Below are positions 17,799-27,250 of a DNA stretch of 51,376 nt, piece after piece. Within the stretch, counting starts at the first letter, position 1. Each line of letters begins with the position of its first letter. Source of the DNA: Eubacteriales bacterium (GTDB lineage Bacteria; Bacillota; Clostridia; Oscillospirales; CAG-272); NCBI GenBank assembly GCA_045658205.1, contig JAZOUM010000126.1, positions 1 through 51,376 on the forward strand, read 5' to 3'. The notes under the pieces were generated by a model that did no database searches, was not told the DNA's origin, and worked only from the letters and a program-made list of their open reading frames with translations. Made by a program: the position numbers and the translations under genes.

Positions 17799-20294
17799 AT
17801 GGTAGAAAAATATAAGGTAACGGGTATGAGCTGCGCCGCCTGCTCCGCGAGGGTAGAAAAGGCTATTCGCGCTCTTGACGGTGTTGAGGCTTGTACCGTA
17901 AATTTGCTTACGGGCGACGTATGCGTGGTCGGAAATGTGTCTAAATTCGCAGTTATCGATGCTGTTGTATCGGCAGGCTACGGAGTATCCGACGAAAAAG
18001 AACAAGAAACGGAAAAGATAAGCTTAAAGGCTGTAGCCGCTACCCGTGCGCTGATTTTTAGGCTTTGCTTATCACTCGGATTGGTCGTCATATTGATGTA
18101 TTTCTCAATGGGACACATGCTTGGACTTCCGGATCTCTTAGGCGGCAACTATTTTCTAAACGGCGTAATTCAAATGGCTATCGCCGCTGTCGTGATGCTG
18201 ATAAATCATCGCTTCTTCATAAGTGGTGTAAGAGGAATCATACACGGTGCGCCTAATATGGATACTCTTGTATCTCTTGGTTCTCTGGCGTCATTCGGAT
18301 ACAGCGTGGCAATGCTTGTGCCTATGAGAATAGAGATGACTCATGGTGGTGAAGGCTCTATGCATATAGACGGTCTTTAGATTGAGTCTGCGGCAATGAT
18401 TCTTGCGCTAATAACTCTCGGTAAGATGCTCGAGTCTCACGCTAAGGGTAAGACTACGTCAGCTCTTGAGGGACTTGCGAGTCTTAAGGGGAAAAACGCA
18501 ACTCTGCTTGTTGACGGTGTCGAAAGGATAATATCGGTTGATGACGTTAAGATAGGCGACGTTTTAGTCGTTCGCTCCGGTGAGAGTATACCTACCGACT
18601 CAGAGGTTATTGACGGTGTCGGTACGGTGGACGAGTCGATGCTTACCGGAGAAAGCATACCCCGTGATGTTTTTATCGGGGATTCGGTGTATGGCGGAAC
18701 GATAAATAGAAATGGATATATGCTCCTACGCGCTACAAAGGTGGGTGAGGGAACGGTACTTTCGGGTATTATAAATATGGTCAAGGAGGCGTCGAGCAGT
18801 AAGGCTCCTATCGCTAAAATGGCAGACAAGGTATCGGCTGTATTTGTACCGTCGGTTATTCTGATATCGTTAGCTACCTTGACTGGTTGGTTGTTGGCAG
18901 GTAAGGAATTCGGATATGCGATAGCGCGCGCTATATCGGTGCTCGTTATAAGCTGTCCTTGCGCTCTCGGACTTGCCACACCCGTGGCTATTATGGTCGG
19001 TACAGGAGTCGGCGCTCGACACGGCGTGCTGTTTAAAACGGCTACAGCGCTTGAGGAGGCGGGAAGAATAGAAACCGTCGTGCTTGATAAGACCGGTACG
19101 CTTACTACCGGAAAACCAAGCGTGTGCGACATTGTAGCGGCGAACGGCGTGTGTGAGAGAGACCTTCTGAGACTGGCTATGTCGATAGAAAAAATGAGTG
19201 AGCATCCACTCGGTCGCGCCGTAGTAGATTATGCAGAAGAGCTTGGTATCGAATCTTTGGATATCACCGAGTTTAAATCGCTAACAGGTAGGGGCGTGTC
19301 GGGAAAATGCGACGGCAAAGAGCTGATGGCGCTTAGTTTTGCGTCGGCTTTTGAACTTTACGGAGAGTTGATACCGACCGAGCTTGGAGATAAACTGTCC
19401 GAGGAGGGGAAGACACCTCTTGCATTCTTATGGGACGGAAAATATATAGGAGCGATAGCGCTTAAGGATACGCCAAAGCACGATGCTAAGGTAAGCATTG
19501 GATATATTAAGGATATGGGACTTAAGGTCCTTATGCTTTCAGGAGATAATGAGCGTACGGCGAGGGCTGTAGCTTCCGAGCTTGGAATAGATGAGGTAAT
19601 TGCCGGCGTTCTTCCCGACGGCAAGGAGAGCGTTATTCGCGAGCTTTGCAAAGGCGGTAAGGTCTGCATGGTGGGCGACGGAGTAAACGATGCTCCATCC
19701 TTAACACGCGCAGACGTTGGAGTTGCCGTAGGATGCGGCACGGATATAGCTATAGACTCTGCTGACATCGTGATTTTGAGTAATAATGTAAGCGAGGTAG
19801 CGTACGCAATAGATATAGGACGTAAAAGTCTTAAAAATATCAAGCAAAATCTTTTCTGGGCATTTGCCTACAACTGTATAGGTATTCCGCTTGCGGCAGG
19901 CCTTTTCGGACTCTCTTTAAGTCCTATGATTGCCGCCGGAATGATGAGCTTATCAAGCTTCTCGGTGGTGACTAATGCTCTTCGCCTTAATCTTTGGCGT
20001 CCGAGAAAAGATATGCCCCCGTGTGAAGAAAATATGTGCAATAAGACCTGTCGCGATAACGTAAGCAATGAAAAAAACGAGATGGAGAACGGTATTATGA
20101 AGATAGAAATTAAGGTTGACGGAATGATGTGCCCTCATTGTGAGGCAAGGGTGAAAAAGGCGTGCGAGTCAGTTGACGGTGTAATACTCGCTACACCGAG
20201 TCACCAGTCGGGAGTTGTGGCTATTGAGATGACGCGCGACGTGACTTCCGAGTGCATAGAGGCTATAACCAATGCGGGTTATGACGTTGTCTGA
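17799..20294 (+). pseudogene. copA: Copper-translocating P1B-type ATPase (CopA) interrupted by a single in-frame TAG at 18378..18380
   Basis: ORFs 17799..18380 and 18396..20294 share one reading frame. Motifs: N-terminal HMA GMSCAACS, TGES, CPC, DKTGT, GDGVNDAP, and a second HMA (GMMCPHCEARV) at the C-terminus. Confidence 0.85.
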
Positions 20295-20321
20295 CGTTGT
20301 TGCAAATAATGGCGATAAGCC

Positions 20322-20350
20322 TTGACTTTAATGCTTTAAAATGTTATAAT
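20322..20350 (+). promoter_or_regulatory. Sigma-A type promoter of glnA
   Basis: TTGACT (20322..20327), 17-nt spacer, TATAAT (20345..20350). AGGAGG RBS before ATG 20380. Confidence 0.7.
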
Positions 20351-20379
20351 ATGCAAAAAGAATTTTTTAGGAGGAATTT

Positions 20380-21804
20380 ATGTCTAAGAGCGTACAGGAT
20401 ATTCTCAAGATCATAAACGAAAACAATATTAAAATGGTCGACTTTAAGATGGTCGATATTAACGGTCAGTACCGTCACGTTACTATCCCTGCGGAGAACT
20501 TCTCAGAGGATACTATGAAGTACGGTATCGGATTTGATGCTTCCAACTATGGATATGCAGTGGTAGAAAAGAGCGATATGGTGTTCATTCCCGATCCTGA
20601 TACTGCTCTTATCGATCCCTTTTGTTCTATTCCCACACTTACTATGACAGGTAACGCGATGATCATCGATACTCCCGAGAATAGACCTCTTCCTCAGTAT
20701 CCGAGAAACATAGTTCTTGCCGCAGAACAGTATATGAAGGATCTCGGCATTGCTGATACTATGCTCATTCTCCCCGAGTTTGAGTTCTATCTTTTTGATA
20801 ACGTGGGCTGGGATGTCAGCAGCAACGGCATCGGCTTCTCCATCGATGCAAAGCAGTCGTACTGGAACAGCGCTACCGACGGTATGGGCGTTGTCGTTCC
20901 CAAGCAGAAGAACTATCATATAGCAAAGCCATTTGACACCTCTTATGAGTGCCGTAGCGAGATGGTTATGCATATGCTGGACGCAGGTATTGAGATCAAC
21001 TATCATCACCCCGAGGTTGCGGCATCCGGTCAGTATGAGATTGAGCCTCAGCTCGGAAAAATGTCTACTATGGCGGATAACACTATGATGATCAAGTACA
21101 TCATACACAACACCGCTCTCAAGTACGGCAAGAGCGCAACCTTTATGCCCAAGCCGGTGTATGGCGAGGCAGGTAGCGGTATGCACGTTCATATGCTTCT
21201 TCTCAAGGACGGCGAGCCAGTATTCTCCGATGATAACGGATATGCTCATCTTAGTGAAACCGCGCACTACTTTATGGGCGGTCTACTTAAGCATATCAAC
21301 TCTCTTTGCGCGATCACTAATCCTTCCACCAACTCATTCAAGCGCCTTGTTCCCGGCTTTGAGGCTCCTGTAACCGTTGGTTACGCTACCTCTAACCGTT
21401 CTGCCGTAATCCGTATTCCTGCTTACGCAAAGAGCCCCGACAAGCGTCGCTTTGAGCTTCGTAATCCCGACGCGACTTGTAACCCTTACTTCTGCTACGC
21501 GGCGATACTTATGGCAGGTCTTGACGGTGTTAAGAATAAGATCGATCCCCATGCTAACGGTTGGGGTCCCTACGACGTAAACCTCTATCACCTCAGCGAC
21601 GAGGAGAAGGCAAAGCTTTCTCACCTTCCCGCAAGACTTGACGATGCTCTTGATGCTCTCGAGGCGGATCACGACTACCTTACCGTAGGCGGCGTATTCC
21701 CTGAGGAGCTTATCAAAAACTTCATTAAGACCAAGCGCGAGGAGTGTCGTGAGCTTTCTAAGATCCCTCATCCCGCAGAGTTTGACAGATACTACAATCT
21801 TTAA
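20380..21804 (+). CDS. glnA: Glutamine synthetase, type I
   Basis: 474 aa. The N-terminal beta-grasp start (VDFKMVDINGQYRHVTIP) and catalytic region (GSGMHVHMLL, NPSTNSFKRLVPGFEAP, NRSAVIRIP) are typical of GlnA. Confidence 0.95.
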   Translation: MSKSVQDILKIINENNIKMVDFKMVDINGQYRHVTIPAENFSEDTMKYGIGFDASNYGYAVVEKSDMVFIPDPDTALIDPFCSIPTLTMTGNAMIIDTPENRPLPQYPRNIVLAAEQYMKDLGIADTMLILPEFEFYLFDNVGWDVSSNGIGFSIDAKQSYWNSATDGMGVVVPKQKNYHIAKPFDTSYECRSEMVMHMLDAGIEINYHHPEVAASGQYEIEPQLGKMSTMADNTMMIKYIIHNTALKYGKSATFMPKPVYGEAGSGMHVHMLLLKDGEPVFSDDNGYAHLSETAHYFMGGLLKHINSLCAITNPSTNSFKRLVPGFEAPVTVGYATSNRSAVIRIPAYAKSPDKRRFELRNPDATCNPYFCYAAILMAGLDGVKNKIDPHANGWGPYDVNLYHLSDEEKAKLSHLPARLDDALDALEADHDYLTVGGVFPEELIKNFIKTKREECRELSKIPHPAEFDRYYNL

Positions 21805-21829
21805 TATTCACTTACTTTAGAGTAATATA

Positions 21830-21870
21830 AAAGCGCCCAAGCCGCATTTGATGAGCGAGGGCGCTTTTTG
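21830..21870 (+). terminator. Rho-independent terminator after glnA
   Basis: AGCGCCC ... GGGCGCT stem followed by TTTTT. Confidence 0.7.
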
Positions 21871-21900
21871 TAAAAAAACACAGTAGAGGAGGGTCGTGTT

Positions 21901-22425
21901 ATGAAATGGCGAGAATTTTGCGGTAAATATCTTAGTATGAGTGATACTGTACTTAAGCTAAGGATACCCTCTCTTGAGGATATGGGGTGCGGTAATGACG
22001 TTGCTGAAGTTGTTACCGATCTTGAAAGCAGAAGCGCCAGAGCGCAGCTTGTACAAAGAGCAATAGAGCTTGGCGTATCGTTTACTCCCGCAGATTGCTT
22101 TAAGCTTGATGGTGAAATTCCTACGCCGGTGCTGGTTGGCTTGATAAAGCGAGGCAATATTATGTTTACCAACGTTAACGTCCTCGCCTCACTCTTATCG
22201 GGAATGTGGGATGAGGATGCCAAGACCGCTCTTTATAACCGAGCCTTAAGATCCGGTATAAAATTTACAGCTAAGCATCTCGATACTATCGGGAAAATAA
22301 AAACACACGTAAACGAGAACGTAGTGATACAGCCGCAAAGAAAGGGAAGCGTATCTCTCGGAACCATTCTCGGCTCTCGGTTAAAGTATGGATCATCTTT
22401 AAGTGACAAAAGAACTAAAAAATAA
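21901..22425 (+). CDS. Hypothetical protein (174 aa)
   Basis: GGAGGG RBS 8 nt upstream of the start. No recognisable motif. There is a weak internal duplication (RAIELGVSFTPADCF / RALRSGIKFTAKHL). Flanked by terminators on both sides. Confidence 0.5.
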   Translation: MKWREFCGKYLSMSDTVLKLRIPSLEDMGCGNDVAEVVTDLESRSARAQLVQRAIELGVSFTPADCFKLDGEIPTPVLVGLIKRGNIMFTNVNVLASLLSGMWDEDAKTALYNRALRSGIKFTAKHLDTIGKIKTHVNENVVIQPQRKGSVSLGTILGSRLKYGSSLSDKRTKK

Positions 22426-22447
22426 AAGATTTGTAAACTATAAATAG

Positions 22448-22498
22448 AAAAGTGCTAAGTCAAAAGCTTTTAATTAAGCATAAGACTTAGCACTTTTT
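22448..22498. terminator. Bidirectional terminator between convergent genes
   Basis: 13-bp stem AAAGTGCTAAGTC / GACTTAGCACTTT with A-rich sequence on the left and a T-run on the right. Confidence 0.75.
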
Positions 22499-22522
22499 CG
22501 TGCCTGAATGGCATAAGCACTA

Positions 22523-24181
22523 TTATTTTATGTTATCGGATATAATCTTGTTTACAGCCGCTCTCACGTTCAACATCTGCTCTGATGTGAGCGCACAGTT
22601 GGCAAATGTGATCTCTCTGCCGAGAGCCTCCTCCATTACCTTTACAACGTATTCGTGCGAGGTGTAGCTTTCGGCAAGACGCATAGCGCGTATATCTTGC
22701 ATAGCCTCATCCATGGTGATTGAACGCATAGATTCGATAGGCTCGCCATTCTGTCCCGGGTATACGATAAAGGTATCGCCGGCAGGAACCCAGTCCTCGC
22801 CTCCAAGGTCAAGATAAGGATTTATCGCGTCACCGGAGGCTCTGTTGTTATAGTAATTATATCCCCAGTGCAAAAATCCCTTGATGTTGTATTTGTAGAG
22901 CTGCATACCTATGGAACGTGTGCGCCATGACGGCATAGCTACGTAGCAGTTTGAATAGTCAACAAGCTCACAGCAGGCATAGTACGTCCATAGATTGGTG
23001 GCACCCGCTTCGATAAAGCTCATAATAGAGGTGGTTGTTGGAACGGGTGTAGATATCGCGCCCGTCTTATAAAATTCAATATCAGAAAGAGCATCCATTA
23101 TTGGATAATCCTCTACGATATCCGAAAAGCTGTTCTTTATTTTTGTGTAGTGATCGAGATATTCTAAATTCGGCTCATCGGATACGTGGAAATAGCAACG
23201 CGCGTCGTCGCCTCTCTCTTTCATATGCGCGATAAATGCCGATACCATCTCTCTTAGGAAACGCACGTATTCCGGATCGTCGGAAAGCGTATTCCAAGTG
23301 AAGAGCTGCTTGTCCTCTCCGTCTACGTTTGCGTACACCTTTGCGGAGTGCGCCGCCTTGTGCTGATCAAAGAAGTGTGAGATCTCAAAATATTTTATCC
23401 CAAGACGGTCACACATATCTATCCATCTGTCTACCTTGTCAAATGAGAAGGAGTATTTTCCGTCTTTTAGGGTTACGTCTATGAGCTGACTCGGTGTTCT
23501 TTCGTAGGGAGGTAAAACGTTTAAGGCTGGGGTAAGAAGCGGTGTATATATCATATTTCTTCCGCGCTTAACGTATAGACGTGCGAAGTTTTCGATGATT
23601 TCCCAGTGCTTTTCCGACCATACGGGCACGTTGTAGTATGCCGCAAGGCAGTCGCAGTAGAACCATTGCGTATACAGTAAGGCCTGATCCGGCAACGCCG
23701 CCTTTATAATGTTGACGTCAAGTCTTACTGTAGCTGTGAAATCCTCATAGCTGAGGGTTATTGACAGCTCCTCGAGACCACACATATCCTTTGGCGGCTC
23801 AATCTCTATCCATAACGAGCGTAGCTTATCGCGTCCCGGCACTACCCTTCCTCCATAGCGCAGAGGCGTGAGAATATCCGGATAAATTCCGGGGGCGGTT
23901 CGCAGATATTGACTGTCGTATTTTTCGGGATTCACAGGACGGTCGACAGGGACGTTTCTAACGTCTCTTACAATAGCGTATTTTGAGAGTGATCCATCGA
24001 GAGAAAGCTCCATAAACGGACGGCGGGGAAGAGTGTAATTCTCTCCTTCGTCAACGTATAAAAGCTGTACTGAAAAGCGTTCTCCCATAAGCGTAGATAA
24101 TGACTCAAGAGCGACAAAGTTATCGATATTATCGTCTATAAATGCCTTTTCCTGCGAGGAGGTCAGCTTGATTTTAAACAT
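22523..24181 (-). CDS. DUF4091-type (GH123-like) putative glycoside hydrolase
   Basis: 552 aa with no signal peptide. The N-terminal pattern MFKIKLTSSQEKAF and the overall size match my recollection of DUF4091 proteins. AAGGAG RBS. Confidence 0.55.
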   Translation of the reverse strand: MFKIKLTSSQEKAFIDDNIDNFVALESLSTLMGERFSVQLLYVDEGENYTLPRRPFMELSLDGSLSKYAIVRDVRNVPVDRPVNPEKYDSQYLRTAPGIYPDILTPLRYGGRVVPGRDKLRSLWIEIEPPKDMCGLEELSITLSYEDFTATVRLDVNIIKAALPDQALLYTQWFYCDCLAAYYNVPVWSEKHWEIIENFARLYVKRGRNMIYTPLLTPALNVLPPYERTPSQLIDVTLKDGKYSFSFDKVDRWIDMCDRLGIKYFEISHFFDQHKAAHSAKVYANVDGEDKQLFTWNTLSDDPEYVRFLREMVSAFIAHMKERGDDARCYFHVSDEPNLEYLDHYTKIKNSFSDIVEDYPIMDALSDIEFYKTGAISTPVPTTTSIMSFIEAGATNLWTYYACCELVDYSNCYVAMPSWRTRSIGMQLYKYNIKGFLHWGYNYYNNRASGDAINPYLDLGGEDWVPAGDTFIVYPGQNGEPIESMRSITMDEAMQDIRAMRLAESYTSHEYVVKVMEEALGREITFANCALTSEQMLNVRAAVNKIISDNIK

Positions 24182-24242
24182 GTCAATACTCCTTGTGTTT
24201 TTTTGCCGCTTTTTACTAATTAAAAAGCGTATTAGGTTTTAA

Positions 24243-24279
24243 AATATGCCGCACTTAGGCTAAGTACGGCATATTTGTT
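24243..24279 (-). terminator. Terminator downstream of the APC permease gene
   Basis: On the minus strand, AATATGCCG-loop-CGGCATATT followed by TTT. Confidence 0.55.
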
Positions 24280-24288
24280 ATTTTTCTT

Positions 24289-25674
24289 TTATTTGTAGAA
24301 GAAGCGGTATATAAGCGATCTGCCCTTTTTATCCCTGTAGAACATAAGACCTACAAGCATAATTACGGCGAATACCAAGAGATAGTAGAACGCCTGAAGC
24401 TTGTATGCGTAGAATGCGCAGAAGATCATAAATATACAGGAAGCCACAGAGAGAGCAGGGAATACAAATCTCTTAACCGGGTGCATACCCTTTGATCTGA
24501 TCATCATATTTATGAAGATCGGAATGTAGAATGCGTAAAGAGTGATGATGGGAAGTTCGTCGTTCTCAAAGGAGATGATAGCTGGGAGCTTTCCTCTGAT
24601 GAGACCGAATTCCCATTGAAGCAGCCATACGATAGTGATAGCGAACGCGATGGATGCGGAGGTTATGGGCATATTGCTCTTTTCGTGAAGCTTTGCCAGC
24701 TTCATAGGAGCGGGACCTTGATTTCTCGCCGCAAGGGAATAAAGACCTCTGCAGTTGCCGATCATAATGCCGTTCATAGTGCCAAGACAGGATATTATAA
24801 TGAATACGTAAGCAATCGTGCCGAATACGGCGTTACCGCCGAAAAGCTCGGTAAAAGCGATCTTGGGCAGATTGTCACCCGCAGACATTATCTCTTCGGT
24901 AGAGAGAACGGATGCGATACCGATAAAGTAGGTTACGTATACGGAAATGACTATGAGTGTGCCAATTATAAGCGCCTTAGGGAGATTTTTCTTCGCGTCG
25001 TGGAGTTCTGCGTTAATAGATGTGGCGATTATCCATCCCTCATAAGCAAATGCAAAGGCTACGACTGCGCCGAAGAAGCTACCGGAGCTTTCAACCATAG
25101 AAGAGGTGTCGGCTGTGAGATTGGCAAGTGTCTGACCGTTTGCAAGACCTACTATAGTACCGACTACTGCCATTATCACAAGTGGAATAAGCTTGATGAC
25201 CGTGGTAGAGATCTGGAATTTTCCGGATATTTTCGGAGATACGAGGTTTAAGAGGAAAGAAATAGATAAATAGAGCGCCGCGATGAGAAGTCGCGCGTTG
25301 GGGTTGGATATCTCAAAGAGCGAGCATGTGTAGTTGGAGGATACCCACGCGAGAGTGGAGCCGATAACGGGATAGTAGATAACGGATATGAACCAACCGA
25401 TCGCGTATCCAAGACCCTTTCCGCACTCACCCTCCGCATAGTCTACGATACCGTTGATCTTTGCGTGCTTACCCGCAAGGATAGAGAAGGTGTAAGCGCA
25501 TATAGTCATAAGGGCGCCTACAATTAAGACGGTGAGAATGCTTTTTATCATACTGCCGCCGTTGTTATTAAACACCGGGGTAGCCTTGAAGAATACGCCG
25601 GAGCCGATTACTATTCCGGCTACCATACATATAGCGGTTAAAAGACCGAATTTTTTCTTAAGCTCGTTTGACAT
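24289..25674 (-). CDS. Amino acid permease, APC superfamily
   Basis: 461 aa with about 12 hydrophobic helices and an N-terminal GIVIGSGVFF motif typical of APC transporters. Confidence 0.8.
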   Translation of the reverse strand: MSNELKKKFGLLTAICMVAGIVIGSGVFFKATPVFNNNGGSMIKSILTVLIVGALMTICAYTFSILAGKHAKINGIVDYAEGECGKGLGYAIGWFISVIYYPVIGSTLAWVSSNYTCSLFEISNPNARLLIAALYLSISFLLNLVSPKISGKFQISTTVIKLIPLVIMAVVGTIVGLANGQTLANLTADTSSMVESSGSFFGAVVAFAFAYEGWIIATSINAELHDAKKNLPKALIIGTLIVISVYVTYFIGIASVLSTEEIMSAGDNLPKIAFTELFGGNAVFGTIAYVFIIISCLGTMNGIMIGNCRGLYSLAARNQGPAPMKLAKLHEKSNMPITSASIAFAITIVWLLQWEFGLIRGKLPAIISFENDELPIITLYAFYIPIFINMMIRSKGMHPVKRFVFPALSVASCIFMIFCAFYAYKLQAFYYLLVFAVIMLVGLMFYRDKKGRSLIYRFFYK

Positions 25675-25692
25675 ATTTTACTCCTTTAAAAA

Positions 25693-27201
25693 TTATTTTT
25701 TCCATGTTGACGGTGAGAATAAAATGAGCATTGGGAACAGCTCAAGTCTGCCTGCTAACATATCGAAGGAGAGGATAAGCTTGGATATCGGTGAAAAGTC
25801 GGCAAAATTTTGTGTCGGTCCGACAAATTCAAGACCGGGACCGATGTTGTTGAAGCATGCCGTTACTGCGGTAAAGTTTGTCATAAAGGTGTTTTCCGCA
25901 GAGTTGAATATCGACTGATCGATAGAAATAAGCAAAAGTGAGGCGAAGAAGATAAATACGTAGGTGGTAAGATAGGACATAACCGAGCTTACAGCCGCGT
26001 TATCAAGAGGCTTATCATCTATAGTTATCTTTTTTACTTGATTGGGGTGTACAAGATTTCCGAGCTCACGGAACATCTGCTTGAACAAAATAATAACTCG
26101 GGATATTTTAAATCCGCCACCGGTAGATCCTGCACAAGCGCCGACAAACATAAGGGTTATTAAGATAAAATGCGATAGAGCGGGCCAATGTTGGAAGTCT
26201 ACTGTTCCAAAGCCTGAGGTGGATATAATCGTACCTACGTTGAAGAACGCGTGCTTTAGTACCGAGCCGAATTTATTGTCCATAGCCTCGCCCGACGGTG
26301 ATACCATGGTAGGATTTTCAGCGGTGTAGCTTAAGAATACGTCAAAGGTTATTAATAAGGTAGCGAGCCCGACAACAATAAAGAATACGATTACCTCGGT
26401 ATTGAAGGCTTCTCTGAACTTCTTCTTCAAAATCAGATAGTAGGAGTTGAAGTTTACCGAGAATAATATCATAAATATGGTTATAATAATTTGGGCATAG
26501 GACGAGAAGGAGAACATGGAGTCGTTCTTGAATCCGAAGCCACCGGTGCCGGCAGTAGCTAATGAGGTATTTATCGCTTCAAACACCGTCATATCAGGCG
26601 CTAAAAGCAAGAAGATAAACATAATCACCGTCATAGCGATATATATGAGGTAGAGTATAGATGCCGTACGCTTTACTCTCGGCACAAGCTTTGAGACCTG
26701 GGGACCGGGAGACTCAGCTCTCATGATGTGCATATTTTGCGCCCCTGAGAGAGGGAGGATAGCCATGATAAATACAAGCACTCCCATGCCTCCGATCCAG
26801 TTGGAGAATGATCGCCATATCAGTATAGCGTTTGGCATTTCCTCAACGGCGGGGATTATACTTGATCCCGTCGTGGTAAAGCCGGATACTATCTCAAAGA
26901 ATGCGTCTATAAAATTAGGCACCGCTCCACACAGGACAAACGGGAGAGCGCCGAAGAGCGATAGTATTATCCAGGATAGCGAGACTATAACGAAGCCCTC
27001 TTTTGCAAAAAGCTCGGTATTCTTCGGCTTTTTTACGGTAAACGGAGCTGCTACGGCTACGCATATAAGAGCTGAAATACCGAAAGCGCGAAGTGCGCCC
27101 ATCTCGCCAAAGTATAGAGCCGTCAATATAGGTACAATGAAAAAGAATGCCTCAAAGAGTAGGATAACTCCAAGAGTGTACCTTACCATTTTGTAGTTCA
27201 T
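25693..27201 (-). CDS. trkH: TrkH/KtrB-family potassium transporter membrane subunit
   Basis: 502 aa polytopic protein with repeated selectivity-filter-like segments (GFTTTGSS, TAGTGGFG, STSGFGT, CAGSTGGG). Located immediately downstream of trkA. Confidence 0.9.
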   Translation of the reverse strand: MNYKMVRYTLGVILLFEAFFFIVPILTALYFGEMGALRAFGISALICVAVAAPFTVKKPKNTELFAKEGFVIVSLSWIILSLFGALPFVLCGAVPNFIDAFFEIVSGFTTTGSSIIPAVEEMPNAILIWRSFSNWIGGMGVLVFIMAILPLSGAQNMHIMRAESPGPQVSKLVPRVKRTASILYLIYIAMTVIMFIFLLLAPDMTVFEAINTSLATAGTGGFGFKNDSMFSFSSYAQIIITIFMILFSVNFNSYYLILKKKFREAFNTEVIVFFIVVGLATLLITFDVFLSYTAENPTMVSPSGEAMDNKFGSVLKHAFFNVGTIISTSGFGTVDFQHWPALSHFILITLMFVGACAGSTGGGFKISRVIILFKQMFRELGNLVHPNQVKKITIDDKPLDNAAVSSVMSYLTTYVFIFFASLLLISIDQSIFNSAENTFMTNFTAVTACFNNIGPGLEFVGPTQNFADFSPISKLILSFDMLAGRLELFPMLILFSPSTWKK

Positions 27202-27250
27202 AAAACCTACCTTTCGGTGTATAAGTATACTTTAGTTGTCAAAAAACGTT

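Noticed and set aside
18378-18380. Pyrrolysine as the explanation for the in-frame TAG in copA.
   Set aside because: No pyl genes or pylT occur in the window, the position corresponds to a conserved Tyr rather than a known Pyl site, and no methylamine methyltransferase context is present. It cannot be excluded without the whole genome, so it is listed only as a check under the TAG finding.
18437-19132. Long antisense shadow ORFs: 18437..19132 and 18870..19205 (copA), 20503..21267 (glnA), 31127..32209 (rhaA), 36586..37281 and 37981..38616 (giant lipoprotein), 14525..14941 (mfd).
   Set aside because: Each lies entirely inside a confidently identified gene on the other strand. Their composition is Ser/Leu/Arg-rich and they have no RBS. 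Their unusual length is consistent with the general scarcity of TAG/CTA triplets in this sequence.
20295-20379. Possible T-box, glutamine riboswitch or antisense regulator in the glnA leader. Similarly, a c-di-AMP (ydaO-type) riboswitch upstream of trkA at 28607..28682.
   Set aside because: Both leaders are only about 30-40 nt long after the predicted -10 hexamers, which is too short for those RNA elements.
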